A stretch of DNA of 57,044 bases, taken from the NCBI GenBank assembly GCA_043750125.1, contig JAYVCD010000415.1, positions 1 through 57,044 of the forward strand. Direction: 5' to 3'. The stretch's first letter is position 1. Every line of letters begins with the position of its first letter. The translations under genes were made by a program, and so were the position numbers. The notes under the pieces were generated by a model. It was not told where the DNA came from and made no database searches. It worked only from the letters and a program-made list of their open reading frames with translations. Of the stretch, positions 28,913 through 37,438 are shown in pieces. The stretch is from Archangiaceae bacterium. Its GTDB lineage: Bacteria > Myxococcota > Myxococcia > Myxococcales > Myxococcaceae.

Positions 28913-28928
28913 TGCAGTCCCCATGCCG
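28913..28928 (-). promoter_or_regulatory. Candidate sigma54 promoter for the DUF1508 gene
   Basis: Minus strand CGGCATGGGGACTGCA (GG-N10-GC); a sigma54 activator gene is divergent from it. Confidence 0.6.
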
Positions 28929-28980
28929 CTCTGACCCCACCTCCAAACGCCCGAAACCCCGCAGTCGCTTCTTCGCCTTT

Positions 28981-28996
28981 GTTGCATTGTCGCAAC
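28981..28996. promoter_or_regulatory. Candidate enhancer (UAS) palindrome
   Basis: gttgc-N6-gcaac about 55-70 bp upstream of the -24 element. Confidence 0.45.
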
Positions 28997-29019
28997 TGTT
29001 CGTCTATTCGGTGACACAC

Positions 29020-30525
29020 ATGTTTCAGAAACTCGACACCGACCAGGCGCTGCACTCTGCCGACATGGAGCAGGTGGCCCGCCGCCTGGTGGAAGTCGCC
29101 TGCGCGCAGACCGGGACCCGAGATGGGGCGGTCTTCCTCTTCGATTCGAAGCTCAAGGGGCTGACGGTCGACTTTCACGTGGTGGCGGGAGTGATCGTCA
29201 CCCTCCCCGGCACCGGCAGCGTGCTGCGAATCAGAAAGGACGGCCGCCCCAACGGAATCGCGCTGACCTGCTTCGAGACCGGCCGGCCGTACCTCTGCAA
29301 CGACACCTCGAAGGACAAGAACTACGCCCGATACTTCCTCGAGGTAGGCGCGGTGCTCGCCGTCCCCATTCCGTACCAGGGTCGGCCGATCGGAGTGCTC
29401 ACCGTTTCAGCCGCGCGCAAGGGTGCGTTCGCCCAGGCCGAGGTGGCGGTGCTCGAGCAGGTGGCGGCCGACTCGGCGAAGTTCCTCCGCCGCGCGCAGC
29501 TGGCCCGGGCGACCCGCGACGACACCGGGCGGCCCTTCGTGATCAAAGGTCTTTCCCCCGCCTGGCTCGAGGTCGAGCGCCGGCTCGAGCAGGTCGCATC
29601 CACCGACGTGGCGGTGCTGGTGCAGGGCGAGAGCGGAACGGGAAAGGACCTCGTCTCGCGCGCGATTCACTTCAACAGCAAGCGATCGAGCAAGCCGTTC
29701 GTCACCGTCAACTGCGCGGCCATTCCCGAGACGATGCTCGAGAGCGTGTTGTTCGGACACGTCAAAGGGGCGTTCACCGGGGCGAGCTTTCACAAAGTCG
29801 GGGAGTTTCAGAAGGCAGACGGGGGGACCCTGTTTCTCGATGAGTTGGGGGAATTGCCGTTGATGCTGCAGGCGAAGGTGCTGCGGGCGCTCGAGCAGGG
29901 CGAGGTGACTCCGCTGGGAAGCAACGACCCGCCGGCCCGGGTCGATGCGCGGCTGATCTGCGCCACCAATCGAGACCTGGCGGCGATGGTGAAAGAGGGC
30001 AAGTTCCGCGACGACCTGTACTACCGCGTCGGGGTGATGACGATCGAGCTGCCGCCGCTGCGCAGCTACAAGGACAACCTCGAGATCCTCGCCCAGGTCT
30101 TCTTGCAGCAGGCGGCGAAGAAGCATGGGCGGCGGGCCAATGCGATCGCCCCCGCCGCGATGGCGTTGATCAGCGCCTATGACTTTCCCGGCAACATGCG
30201 CGAGCTGAAGAACGGGCTCGAGCACGCGGTGATCATGGCGACCACCGAGCAGGTGGAGGTCGAGAACCTGCCCGCCTCGATGCGAAGCGGGCACGGGTCG
30301 GTGGGTTCGAGCCGGCCGCGGGCCAGGGCAGATCGTCCGCAGACCCTGGCCCAGCTGCGCGAGGGTTGGGTGGCTCCGCTTGAGCGTCAGTACCTTTCGG
30401 AATTGCTGGACCTGACCGAAGGCAAGGTCGACCCGGCCGCAAAAAAAGCGGGCGTCAACCGCGTCACCTTCTACCGGTTGATGAAGAAGCACGGCCTGAA
30501 GCTGAAACGCGCCGTGCAGCTTTGA
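29020..30525 (+). CDS. GAF-domain sigma54-dependent transcriptional activator
   Basis: N-terminal GAF; GESGTGKD, GAFTGA, LFLDE, FRDDLYYR, FPGNMREL; C-terminal Fis-type HTH. Confidence 0.93.
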   Translation: MFQKLDTDQALHSADMEQVARRLVEVACAQTGTRDGAVFLFDSKLKGLTVDFHVVAGVIVTLPGTGSVLRIRKDGRPNGIALTCFETGRPYLCNDTSKDKNYARYFLEVGAVLAVPIPYQGRPIGVLTVSAARKGAFAQAEVAVLEQVAADSAKFLRRAQLARATRDDTGRPFVIKGLSPAWLEVERRLEQVASTDVAVLVQGESGTGKDLVSRAIHFNSKRSSKPFVTVNCAAIPETMLESVLFGHVKGAFTGASFHKVGEFQKADGGTLFLDELGELPLMLQAKVLRALEQGEVTPLGSNDPPARVDARLICATNRDLAAMVKEGKFRDDLYYRVGVMTIELPPLRSYKDNLEILAQVFLQQAAKKHGRRANAIAPAAMALISAYDFPGNMRELKNGLEHAVIMATTEQVEVENLPASMRSGHGSVGSSRPRARADRPQTLAQLREGWVAPLERQYLSELLDLTEGKVDPAAKKAGVNRVTFYRLMKKHGLKLKRAVQL

Positions 30526-30991
30526 GCCTCTTCGCGCCTTTTTCCGGAGCGGGCGCCCCCTTCAGCCGGGCCGTGATGTGCTCGAGGACCGCGCTGGCCC
30601 TGCGCACCGCCCTGCCTTTTTCCGATTCGAGCGCCTCGCGCACCACCGCTTCGACGGTGTACTCGCCCTGCCCCAGCAGCGCTTTGCCGGCAGCGGTGGT
30701 CTGCAGCAGCGTGCGTCGATTGTCTTCCTTGTCCTTCTTGCGCGTCAGCAGGCCGCGCGACTCGAGCCGCTGCAGCACGCCGGTGAGCGTCGAAGGATCG
30801 AGGAACAGCTTGTCGGCCACCTCGCCGGAAGAGATTCCGGGCTGACTGTGAATGATTCGCAGGGCCAGCCGCTGGGGGCTGGTGACGCCGATGCGAGCGG
30901 CCATCGCCTTGCTCCGTTCTTGAAGCGCATGGTCCAGGGCCCAGAGGACCTGCATGAACTCGAGAACCTTCTCCAAAGGAACGCTCGGCAT
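30464..30991 (-). CDS. MarR-family transcriptional regulator
   Basis: GVTSPQRLAL, LDPSTLTGVLQRLESRGLL, DNRR; 3' end overlaps the activator gene convergently. Confidence 0.88.
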   Translation of the reverse strand: MPSVPLEKVLEFMQVLWALDHALQERSKAMAARIGVTSPQRLALRIIHSQPGISSGEVADKLFLDPSTLTGVLQRLESRGLLTRKKDKEDNRRTLLQTTAAGKALLGQGEYTVEAVVREALESEKGRAVRRASAVLEHITARLKGAPAPEKGAKRLKAARRVSASGRASSSTGRR

Positions 30992-31096
30992 CTCGCCCGT
31001 AAAGCCCAGCCTCTGCTCCGAAGCAATGTTTGCGAGGAATCCCCGGCGGGAGTAGATGGTTGGCACTCAAACGAAATCACCAGGAAAAGGCCAACC

Positions 31097-31609
31097 ATGA
31101 AAAACCTCGTACTCGCTGCTTCGATGTTGGGGATTGTGGGTTGTGCCACCCAGAAGGCAGCGGTCGTGTCTCCCGCCGCGCAAGCCGCTGTGAAAGTGGC
31201 TGCTGCGCCCGCCGCGGCCCCGATGGTCGCCGCCCCGGTGGAACAGAAGCAGCAAGATCTGGACGCGCTGCTCAAGGGGCTGGTGATTCACTTCGGCTTC
31301 GATGCCGCAGATCTGACCGCCGACAGCCAGAACCGCCTCGCCGCGCTGGCCGACGCACTGCGGGCCAACCCGAAGACCCAGATTCGCATCGCGGGGAACT
31401 GCGACGAGCTCGGCACGGTCGAGTACAACCTCGCGCTCGGCCAGAAGCGGGCGGACGCGGTGGGCCGCTACCTGGTGACGCTCGGCGTCGCAGGCAACCG
31501 CGTCGACACGGTCAGCTACGGCGAAGAAAAGCCGGTCGATTCCCGCAGCACCGAAGAGGCGTACACCGCAAACCGCCGGGCCGAGCTGTCAGGGAAGCAG
31601 GCGAACTAA
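31097..31609 (+). CDS. OmpA/Pal-family peptidoglycan-associated lipoprotein
   Basis: Lipobox IVGC; HFGFD, GNCDELGTVEYNLALGQKRA, VSYGEEKP, NRRAE. Confidence 0.92.
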   Translation: MKNLVLAASMLGIVGCATQKAAVVSPAAQAAVKVAAAPAAAPMVAAPVEQKQQDLDALLKGLVIHFGFDAADLTADSQNRLAALADALRANPKTQIRIAGNCDELGTVEYNLALGQKRADAVGRYLVTLGVAGNRVDTVSYGEEKPVDSRSTEEAYTANRRAELSGKQAN

Positions 31610-31614
31610 ATTGG

Positions 31615-32787
31615 TTACTGGGGCAGAACCGGCATCGCCTGCAGCGGCCCGAACGGCGCTCTGGGCTTTTGTCCCTTGGCCTGTTGCTCGAGGTGCCGCT
31701 CTCGGGCGGTCAATTCCTTCTCGTAGAATTTGCTGACCGTGCGGTCGGGCCGGGTCTGGACGAAGTCGGCGTCGGCGGTGTGACAGACCGCGCAGCCGAC
31801 GAGCTCGATCTGCTGTCGCAGCTGGGGAAATTGCGCGGCGACCTGGGGCTCGAGGCCGGACAAAGACAACGGGGTCCGCACCACGCCCTGGGTCACGCGC
31901 ACGGACTGGGTTCGAAACTTCTCGGGGAACACCTGGGTGCGCGCATCGAGGGCGGCGGCGTTGTCCTTCACCCAGAGCAGAAACGCATCGCGCACGGCGC
32001 CGGCCAGGTTCAGCTTTTCTACGTCCACCTGCTGGAAGAGCGGAGGATTTTCCAACGCGCCCGTCGCGTCCGGAACCCACTGCCGCCATTCCCACGGAGC
32101 GAGGGTGAACTCGACCGTCTCGGCGAGCAGGAACCGTTGCCGGGTGAAGCCCTCGGCCCACTTGGCTTTCAGCGCGGTGCGCAGCGCAGGCCCTTCGAGC
32201 AACGACAGGTCAGCCCAGCGGCGCGCCGTCGCCGCGCAGTGAATGCCCGCAGCGTCCTGGTCATCGGCGAGCGCCGGCTGGCGGAACAAGAAGAGCATGT
32301 GAAACGGCTGCAGCGTCGGGTCTTCACTGGCGATCGACACCCGCAGCTCGCCGCAATGCCCGCCGGCTGAGAAGTTCGCGAGGTCGATGCGGTTGTGCAC
32401 CCCGGTCACTTTGAACGGCAGGTTTCCCATCGCCCACTTCGAAGGGTCTGCGCCCTGCGCTGCGGCGAGCGCATCGACGAACTGTGCCGGCAGGGCCCGC
32501 TCGGAGTGCGGCGTCGTCGAGAAGCGGTGAAACCACTGGTCGAGCATTTTTCCGCCGTGACCGTCGGCCGCGATGATCCCCATCACCTTTGCGAACGAGA
32601 TCACCTGCGCGTCGTCGAGCAACTCGGGGTCAGCCCAGAACAAACTGTTTTGGCTCTTCACCGCGGGCACCGGCCCCGCGTCGGCCACCCCTGAATCGAC
32701 GGCGGATCCCCCATCGAGGCTCGAGGGTGCGGGACCACACGCGAAGAGCAACGCCAGCCCTGCTGCTTGAAGCGTGCCCGTCCTCAT
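31615..32787 (-). CDS. Hypothetical lipoprotein with one C-terminal CxxCH (possible c-type cytochrome)
   Basis: Lipobox LFAC; CAVCH near the C-terminus. Confidence 0.7.
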   Translation of the reverse strand: MRTGTLQAAGLALLFACGPAPSSLDGGSAVDSGVADAGPVPAVKSQNSLFWADPELLDDAQVISFAKVMGIIAADGHGGKMLDQWFHRFSTTPHSERALPAQFVDALAAAQGADPSKWAMGNLPFKVTGVHNRIDLANFSAGGHCGELRVSIASEDPTLQPFHMLFLFRQPALADDQDAAGIHCAATARRWADLSLLEGPALRTALKAKWAEGFTRQRFLLAETVEFTLAPWEWRQWVPDATGALENPPLFQQVDVEKLNLAGAVRDAFLLWVKDNAAALDARTQVFPEKFRTQSVRVTQGVVRTPLSLSGLEPQVAAQFPQLRQQIELVGCAVCHTADADFVQTRPDRTVSKFYEKELTARERHLEQQAKGQKPRAPFGPLQAMPVLPQ

Positions 32788-32854
32788 ACCTGCAGGGGTT
32801 GTGCTACATCCGGAGCAGTTACTCAAAGGGGCTTGCCATGCGCCGGAGGCCGAT

Positions 32855-34846
32855 TTGAAACGAAACCTGGTCTTGACGATTCTCCTCGCGTCCTCCGTTC
32901 AGGCTGCGACCAGCACCAAAACCGTCTCGAGCCCTGCGGGCGGAAACGGGCACAACGTCAGCTTCGATGGCCGGCTGTTCATCATTCGCCGAGGAGCGGG
33001 CTGGGAAGCGACGTTGCTCAAGCCGCAGAGCGTGGTCATCACCGCGGGCTTCCCGAACGTGAGTGGGGCGTTCAGCAACTCGCCACTGGTGCAGCTGGAC
33101 CAGAACACCGAGAACGCGCTCGCGCTGTGTGAAGAGACGCCGCAGCCGACGCGATGCGACCCCAATGGCACCGCGAACACAGCGGGGACGCACGCCTGCT
33201 ACGAGGAAGTCGTCATCGATTCCAACGCTCTGGCCGTGCCACCGAATGACATTTTCCGCCGCCGTAAATTGAAGGTGGTGGTGGGAAGTCCGAACACGGC
33301 GGCCGCGAACATCGTCAGCCACGTGTGGCTCGACTCGGCCCTGACTCCGCTTCAGCCGACGCTGCGTGGGCTCGAGCCGACGATGACCAAAGACGGGAAG
33401 CTGCTCGTCTGGCAGGGACATCCGAACAACACCGGCGCGATCGACACCCTCGTCTATGCGTACAACCCCACCCCGTGCGCGCTCGCCGGGTGGACTGCAC
33501 CCAAGGCCATCACCGCGATGGCCTTCGACGCGGCGCTGATCGGAAAATACAAGTTGGCCGAACGTCCGCTTCGCGGCGCCGACGGAGTGGCGTTCACCAA
33601 TGGCCAACTTTTTTTCGGCGCGTATCCGTGGATCTTCCCCAGTGGCGAGGCGATCAACTTCACCGCGGTCAACATGCCGTGCCGGGTTCCTGCGCCCAAT
33701 GAAGATCCTCCGGGCTGCGGGCCGCGCCGCAACGCGCTCTCGGTGATTGGCTACCCGACCAACTGGCAGTTGGCCCACATCGACGGCGCGGTGAACCCGG
33801 ACACCGACCAGACGGTGCGGCTGTTCTTCACGTCCCCCGGGCAGGCCAACGCGATTCCGCTTCCGGCCACCGTGGGGGTCGACGTCTGGCCTTTTTTCGG
33901 GAGCAACACCGCCAACTACACCGAGCTCGTCTTCGACGACGGGCTCGATGGGAAGTACGCCGGGCTGTGGCACTTCAACGAGCTGGTGAACAACACCGGC
34001 GCGTTTGATCGGACTCGAACCGCCGATTCCAGCGGCTACTCGAACACCGGCACGCTGGTGGGTGGGGCGAGCTTCCCGCTCAAGAACAACGGAGCGCTCG
34101 GCAAGGCGATTGTCTTCAACGGAACCACCGCGCGCGTCGAAGTCCCGCACGCCGCGAGCCTGAACCCGGTCAACCAGCTGACTCTCGAGATGCAGGTGAA
34201 GCTCGGCGCGGATCCGAACTGCGATGCGAACAACAACTACCGGCTGCTGCTCGGCAAGGGCCTGGGGTACAGCTTGATCCTCGAGGAAGACCGCAGCATT
34301 CACGCCCGCGTTCAGGTGCTGGGCGGCGCGGTGTACGAGCTGTTCTCGGGAGCTGGACAGGTGGCCGTCGGCGCCTGGACCCACGTCGCGTTTCAATACG
34401 ACGCTGCGTCCGGAGTGATGGTCTTTCGAATCAACGGGGTGGAGACCGCGCGCGATACCCGCGCTCCCGCCACGATTCTGGGCGTGACCGACGTGCTGCG
34501 AATCGGCGGCAACGGCGTCCGCGCCACTTGCCCCAACGGCGACGGCGCGTTTCAGGGCGAGCTCGACGAGGTCGGAATTTCGAGGTCCTGGCGCTATGGC
34601 GCTGTGCCTTCGGCGGCGTTGCCTGACGGGGGAAGTGGCGCAGGAGGCGGAGCCGGAAGTGGCGGCGGAGTCGGCGGTGGGGCGAGCACCGGAGTCGGCG
34701 GCGGCGCGAGCACCGGAGTCGGCGGCGGCGGCGATGCGCCCAGGCCTCGCAGCCCTGGCTGTAACGCCGCAGGCAGTGGAGCCTTGCTGCTGCCCCTGCT
34801 CGCGCTCTGGCTGGCCCGGCGACGACGCTCGGAAACTGTCCACTGA
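32855..34846 (+). CDS. Secreted LamG-like jellyroll protein with MYXO-CTERM-like anchor
   Basis: Signal peptide from TTG 32855; GLWHFNE, WTHVAFQYD, FQGELDEV; Gly-rich linker; GCNAAGSGALLLPLLALWLARRRR. Confidence 0.82.
   Translation: MKRNLVLTILLASSVQAATSTKTVSSPAGGNGHNVSFDGRLFIIRRGAGWEATLLKPQSVVITAGFPNVSGAFSNSPLVQLDQNTENALALCEETPQPTRCDPNGTANTAGTHACYEEVVIDSNALAVPPNDIFRRRKLKVVVGSPNTAAANIVSHVWLDSALTPLQPTLRGLEPTMTKDGKLLVWQGHPNNTGAIDTLVYAYNPTPCALAGWTAPKAITAMAFDAALIGKYKLAERPLRGADGVAFTNGQLFFGAYPWIFPSGEAINFTAVNMPCRVPAPNEDPPGCGPRRNALSVIGYPTNWQLAHIDGAVNPDTDQTVRLFFTSPGQANAIPLPATVGVDVWPFFGSNTANYTELVFDDGLDGKYAGLWHFNELVNNTGAFDRTRTADSSGYSNTGTLVGGASFPLKNNGALGKAIVFNGTTARVEVPHAASLNPVNQLTLEMQVKLGADPNCDANNNYRLLLGKGLGYSLILEEDRSIHARVQVLGGAVYELFSGAGQVAVGAWTHVAFQYDAASGVMVFRINGVETARDTRAPATILGVTDVLRIGGNGVRATCPNGDGAFQGELDEVGISRSWRYGAVPSAALPDGGSGAGGGAGSGGGVGGGASTGVGGGASTGVGGGGDAPRPRSPGCNAAGSGALLLPLLALWLARRRRSETVH
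34667..34730 (+). repeat. 24-nt coding tandem repeat (GVGGGAST)
   Basis: ggagtcggcgg(t/c)gg(g/c)gcgagcacc twice plus a partial third copy. Confidence 0.8.
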
Positions 34847-35019
34847 AGACTTCAGTGAAACCCATCAGTGACGACCTGGGTCGAGACAGAATGCGCGCTT
34901 AGCAGTGGCGCGAAGGTTGATGGGGGTGCGGTGAATGACGACCGTCCGGCCCCCGCTCCAGGCACGCACCGCTTCTCCGCCAAAGGCCATCTTCGAGGGG
35001 CCCGCTCGCGCTCTCGCTT

Positions 35020-35406
35020 CCCGAAGGTCAGACCATTTCACAGCCCTTCATCGTGGCGTTGCTGGCGGAACACGCCGCGCAGATGCTGGCCGCCTACCCC
35101 AACGTCGAGGTGCGGTGCGGGGACGGAACCTTCGGGTGGCCCGAGCAAGCTCCGTTCGATGCGATCATCGTCTCGGCCGCGGGCCCCCGGCTGCCTCCCA
35201 CCTTGATGGAACAGCTGGCTCCGGGCGGGCGGCTGGTGATGCCGTTGGGCACCGAGCGCGATCAAAAGCTGGTGCGGGTCACGCGCACCGGGCAAGGTGA
35301 GTTCGCCCGCGAAGATTTGATCCACGTGCGATTCGTCCCGTTGGGCAGGCGATCTCGGCGGCGGATTTTTTTGCTGAAAATGACGGCCTCGACCCGACGG
35401 TGGTAG
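35020..35406 (+). pseudogene. pcm: Protein-L-isoaspartate O-methyltransferase remnant
   Basis: GQTISQPFIVALL joined directly to AEHAAQML...GDGTFGWPEQAPFDAIIVSAA...QLAPGGRLVMPLG; the SAM-binding LEIGTGSGY segment and an intact N-terminus are missing. Confidence 0.8.
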
Positions 35407-35416
35407 GCCGCCGCGC

Positions 35417-37438
35417 ATGCTCCAACCGGTGCAGCCGACCCCTTTGCCCGCCGTGATGCCCGCCCTGCTTCACTCTGACGCAGAAGCGGCGATGTCTCGC
35501 GCATTGGGCAACCTGGCGAAGCTGCAGGAAGAGCGCGGCAGCTGGGCAGGGGACTACGGCGGCCCGATGTTCCTGATGCCGATGTATTTGGCGTTGTGCC
35601 ATTTGGCTTCGAAGAAGCCAGACCCGTTCGCCACCCAGCGGATGACGACGTATTTCTTCGCCGTTCAGCGGGACGACGGCTCGCTGGGCCTGCATGCCGA
35701 AGCGACCGAAGGCAGCATGTTCACGACTGCAATCGGATACGCGGCGTTGCGAATTCTGGGCCTGTCCCCCGACGACGTCCGGATGAAGAAGATGTCGCGT
35801 TGGATCCGAGAAAATGGAAGCCCGTTGGGCGCCGCGGCGTGGGGAAAGTTCACTTTGTGTCTGCTCGGCCTCTACGACTGGCGCGGAATCCACCCCGTCC
35901 TTCCCGAGCTGTGGCTGCTGCCGATTCAGGCGCCGATGCACCCGAGCAAGCTGTGGTGTCACTGCCGCCAGGTGTACCTGCCGATGGCCTGGCTCTACGC
36001 CACCCGCTCGAGCGGACCGGTCGATGGCTTCATCCGTGCGCTGCGCGAAGAGCTGTACGGCGCGAATGTCTACGACCAGGTCGAGTGGGAAAAGCAGCGA
36101 GACACGGTCTGCCGCGAAGACGATTACCGGCCCCGCACCCGCGCGCTGCAGGCGGTGAACTTCTCTCAAGGCCAGTACGAGCGGCTGCCCTTCAAGCCGC
36201 TGCGCAAGCGCGCGCTGGCCGAGTGCCTGAAGCACATTCGCTACGAGGACAAGGTCACCTTGGATCTCGACATCGGGCCGGTGAACGCCGTCTTCAACAC
36301 CCTGGTTCACCACTTCCGCGGGAAGGAAGGCACAGACGATTTTCGCCGGGGCTTCGCCGCGCTGGCGGTGTACCTCTGGGATGGCCACGACGGAATGAAG
36401 ATGCAGGGCTACAACAACAGTGAGCTGTGGGACCTGGGCTTCGCGGTTCAAGCTGCGCTCGCAGTGCCCGAGAAGCTGCGCGAGCCCCACGCAGCGATGA
36501 TTCAGCGCGCCTACCGGTACCTGCGCGACAACCAGATCCTCGAAGACGTCCCCGAGCGACTGGAGCACTACCGCCACGCCTCGAAAGGCGGCTGGCCGTT
36601 CTCGAACCGCGCCCACGGCTGGCCGATTACCGACTGCACCAGCGAAGGGCTGAAGTGCGCGTTGCTGCTCGAGGGAAAATACCCCGACGAAGAAATTCCG
36701 CTTTCGCTGCTTCGCGATTCGGTCGCGCTGATCTTGAGCTGGCAAAACGATGATGGCGGCTGGTCCACCTACGAGAAGCAACGCGCCGGAAGTTGGATCG
36801 AAGAGCTCAACCCTTCGCAGGTGTTCGGCGACATCATGGTCGACTACTCCCACGTCGAATGCACCAGCGCCTGCATTCAGGCGTTGATCCGCGCCCGCCG
36901 CCGCTTTCGTGGAGAGTTCGATGACGCGATCGACGCCGCGGTGGCCCAGGGGCTCGGCTTCCTTCGCGCCGCCCAGAAGAGCGACGGCAGCTTCGAAGGT
37001 GCCTGGGCGGTCTGCTTCACCTATGGCACCTGGTTCGCAGTCACCGCGCTGCGAGACGCGGGAGTCTCGAAGTCCGACCCGTCGGTGCGCTCGGCCTGCG
37101 AATTCCTGCTCTCGAAACAAAAGAGCGATGGCAGCTGGGGCGAGGCGGGCGACAGCTGCCGCGACCGCAAATACATTCAGCATGACAAAGGTCAGGTCGC
37201 GCAGACCTCGTGGGCGCTGCTCGCGCTGGTCCGCGCCGGCTGTGACCACCCCGAAGCACTGCGGCGGGCTGCGCAATTTTTGATCTCGCGTCAGGAACGC
37301 GACGGCAGCTGGGCGCGTGAGTCGCTGGTCGGAGTCTTCAACCGCACCTGCCTCATCAACTACGACAACTACCGTCACTACTTTCCGCTCTGGGCTCTGG
37401 CCGAGTGGTGTGCGAGCACCGCCGCTTCGACATGCTGA
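35417..37438 (+). CDS. osc: Oxidosqualene cyclase (cycloartenol-synthase-type signature)
   Basis: GDYGGPMFL, LWCHCRQVYLPM, MQGYNNSELWD, HGWPITDCTSE (DCTAE-type, not the DXDD of squalene-hopene cyclases), several QW repeats. Confidence 0.93.
   Translation: MLQPVQPTPLPAVMPALLHSDAEAAMSRALGNLAKLQEERGSWAGDYGGPMFLMPMYLALCHLASKKPDPFATQRMTTYFFAVQRDDGSLGLHAEATEGSMFTTAIGYAALRILGLSPDDVRMKKMSRWIRENGSPLGAAAWGKFTLCLLGLYDWRGIHPVLPELWLLPIQAPMHPSKLWCHCRQVYLPMAWLYATRSSGPVDGFIRALREELYGANVYDQVEWEKQRDTVCREDDYRPRTRALQAVNFSQGQYERLPFKPLRKRALAECLKHIRYEDKVTLDLDIGPVNAVFNTLVHHFRGKEGTDDFRRGFAALAVYLWDGHDGMKMQGYNNSELWDLGFAVQAALAVPEKLREPHAAMIQRAYRYLRDNQILEDVPERLEHYRHASKGGWPFSNRAHGWPITDCTSEGLKCALLLEGKYPDEEIPLSLLRDSVALILSWQNDDGGWSTYEKQRAGSWIEELNPSQVFGDIMVDYSHVECTSACIQALIRARRRFRGEFDDAIDAAVAQGLGFLRAAQKSDGSFEGAWAVCFTYGTWFAVTALRDAGVSKSDPSVRSACEFLLSKQKSDGSWGEAGDSCRDRKYIQHDKGQVAQTSWALLALVRAGCDHPEALRRAAQFLISRQERDGSWARESLVGVFNRTCLINYDNYRHYFPLWALAEWCASTAASTC

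Noticed and set aside
31041-31080. TGGCAC upstream of the OmpA/Pal gene as a sigma54 promoter
   Set aside because: No GC at the -12 position.
35417-37438. Squalene-hopene cyclase / hopanoid interpretation
   Set aside because: The catalytic motif is DCTSE rather than DXDD, and a squalene epoxidase is present.
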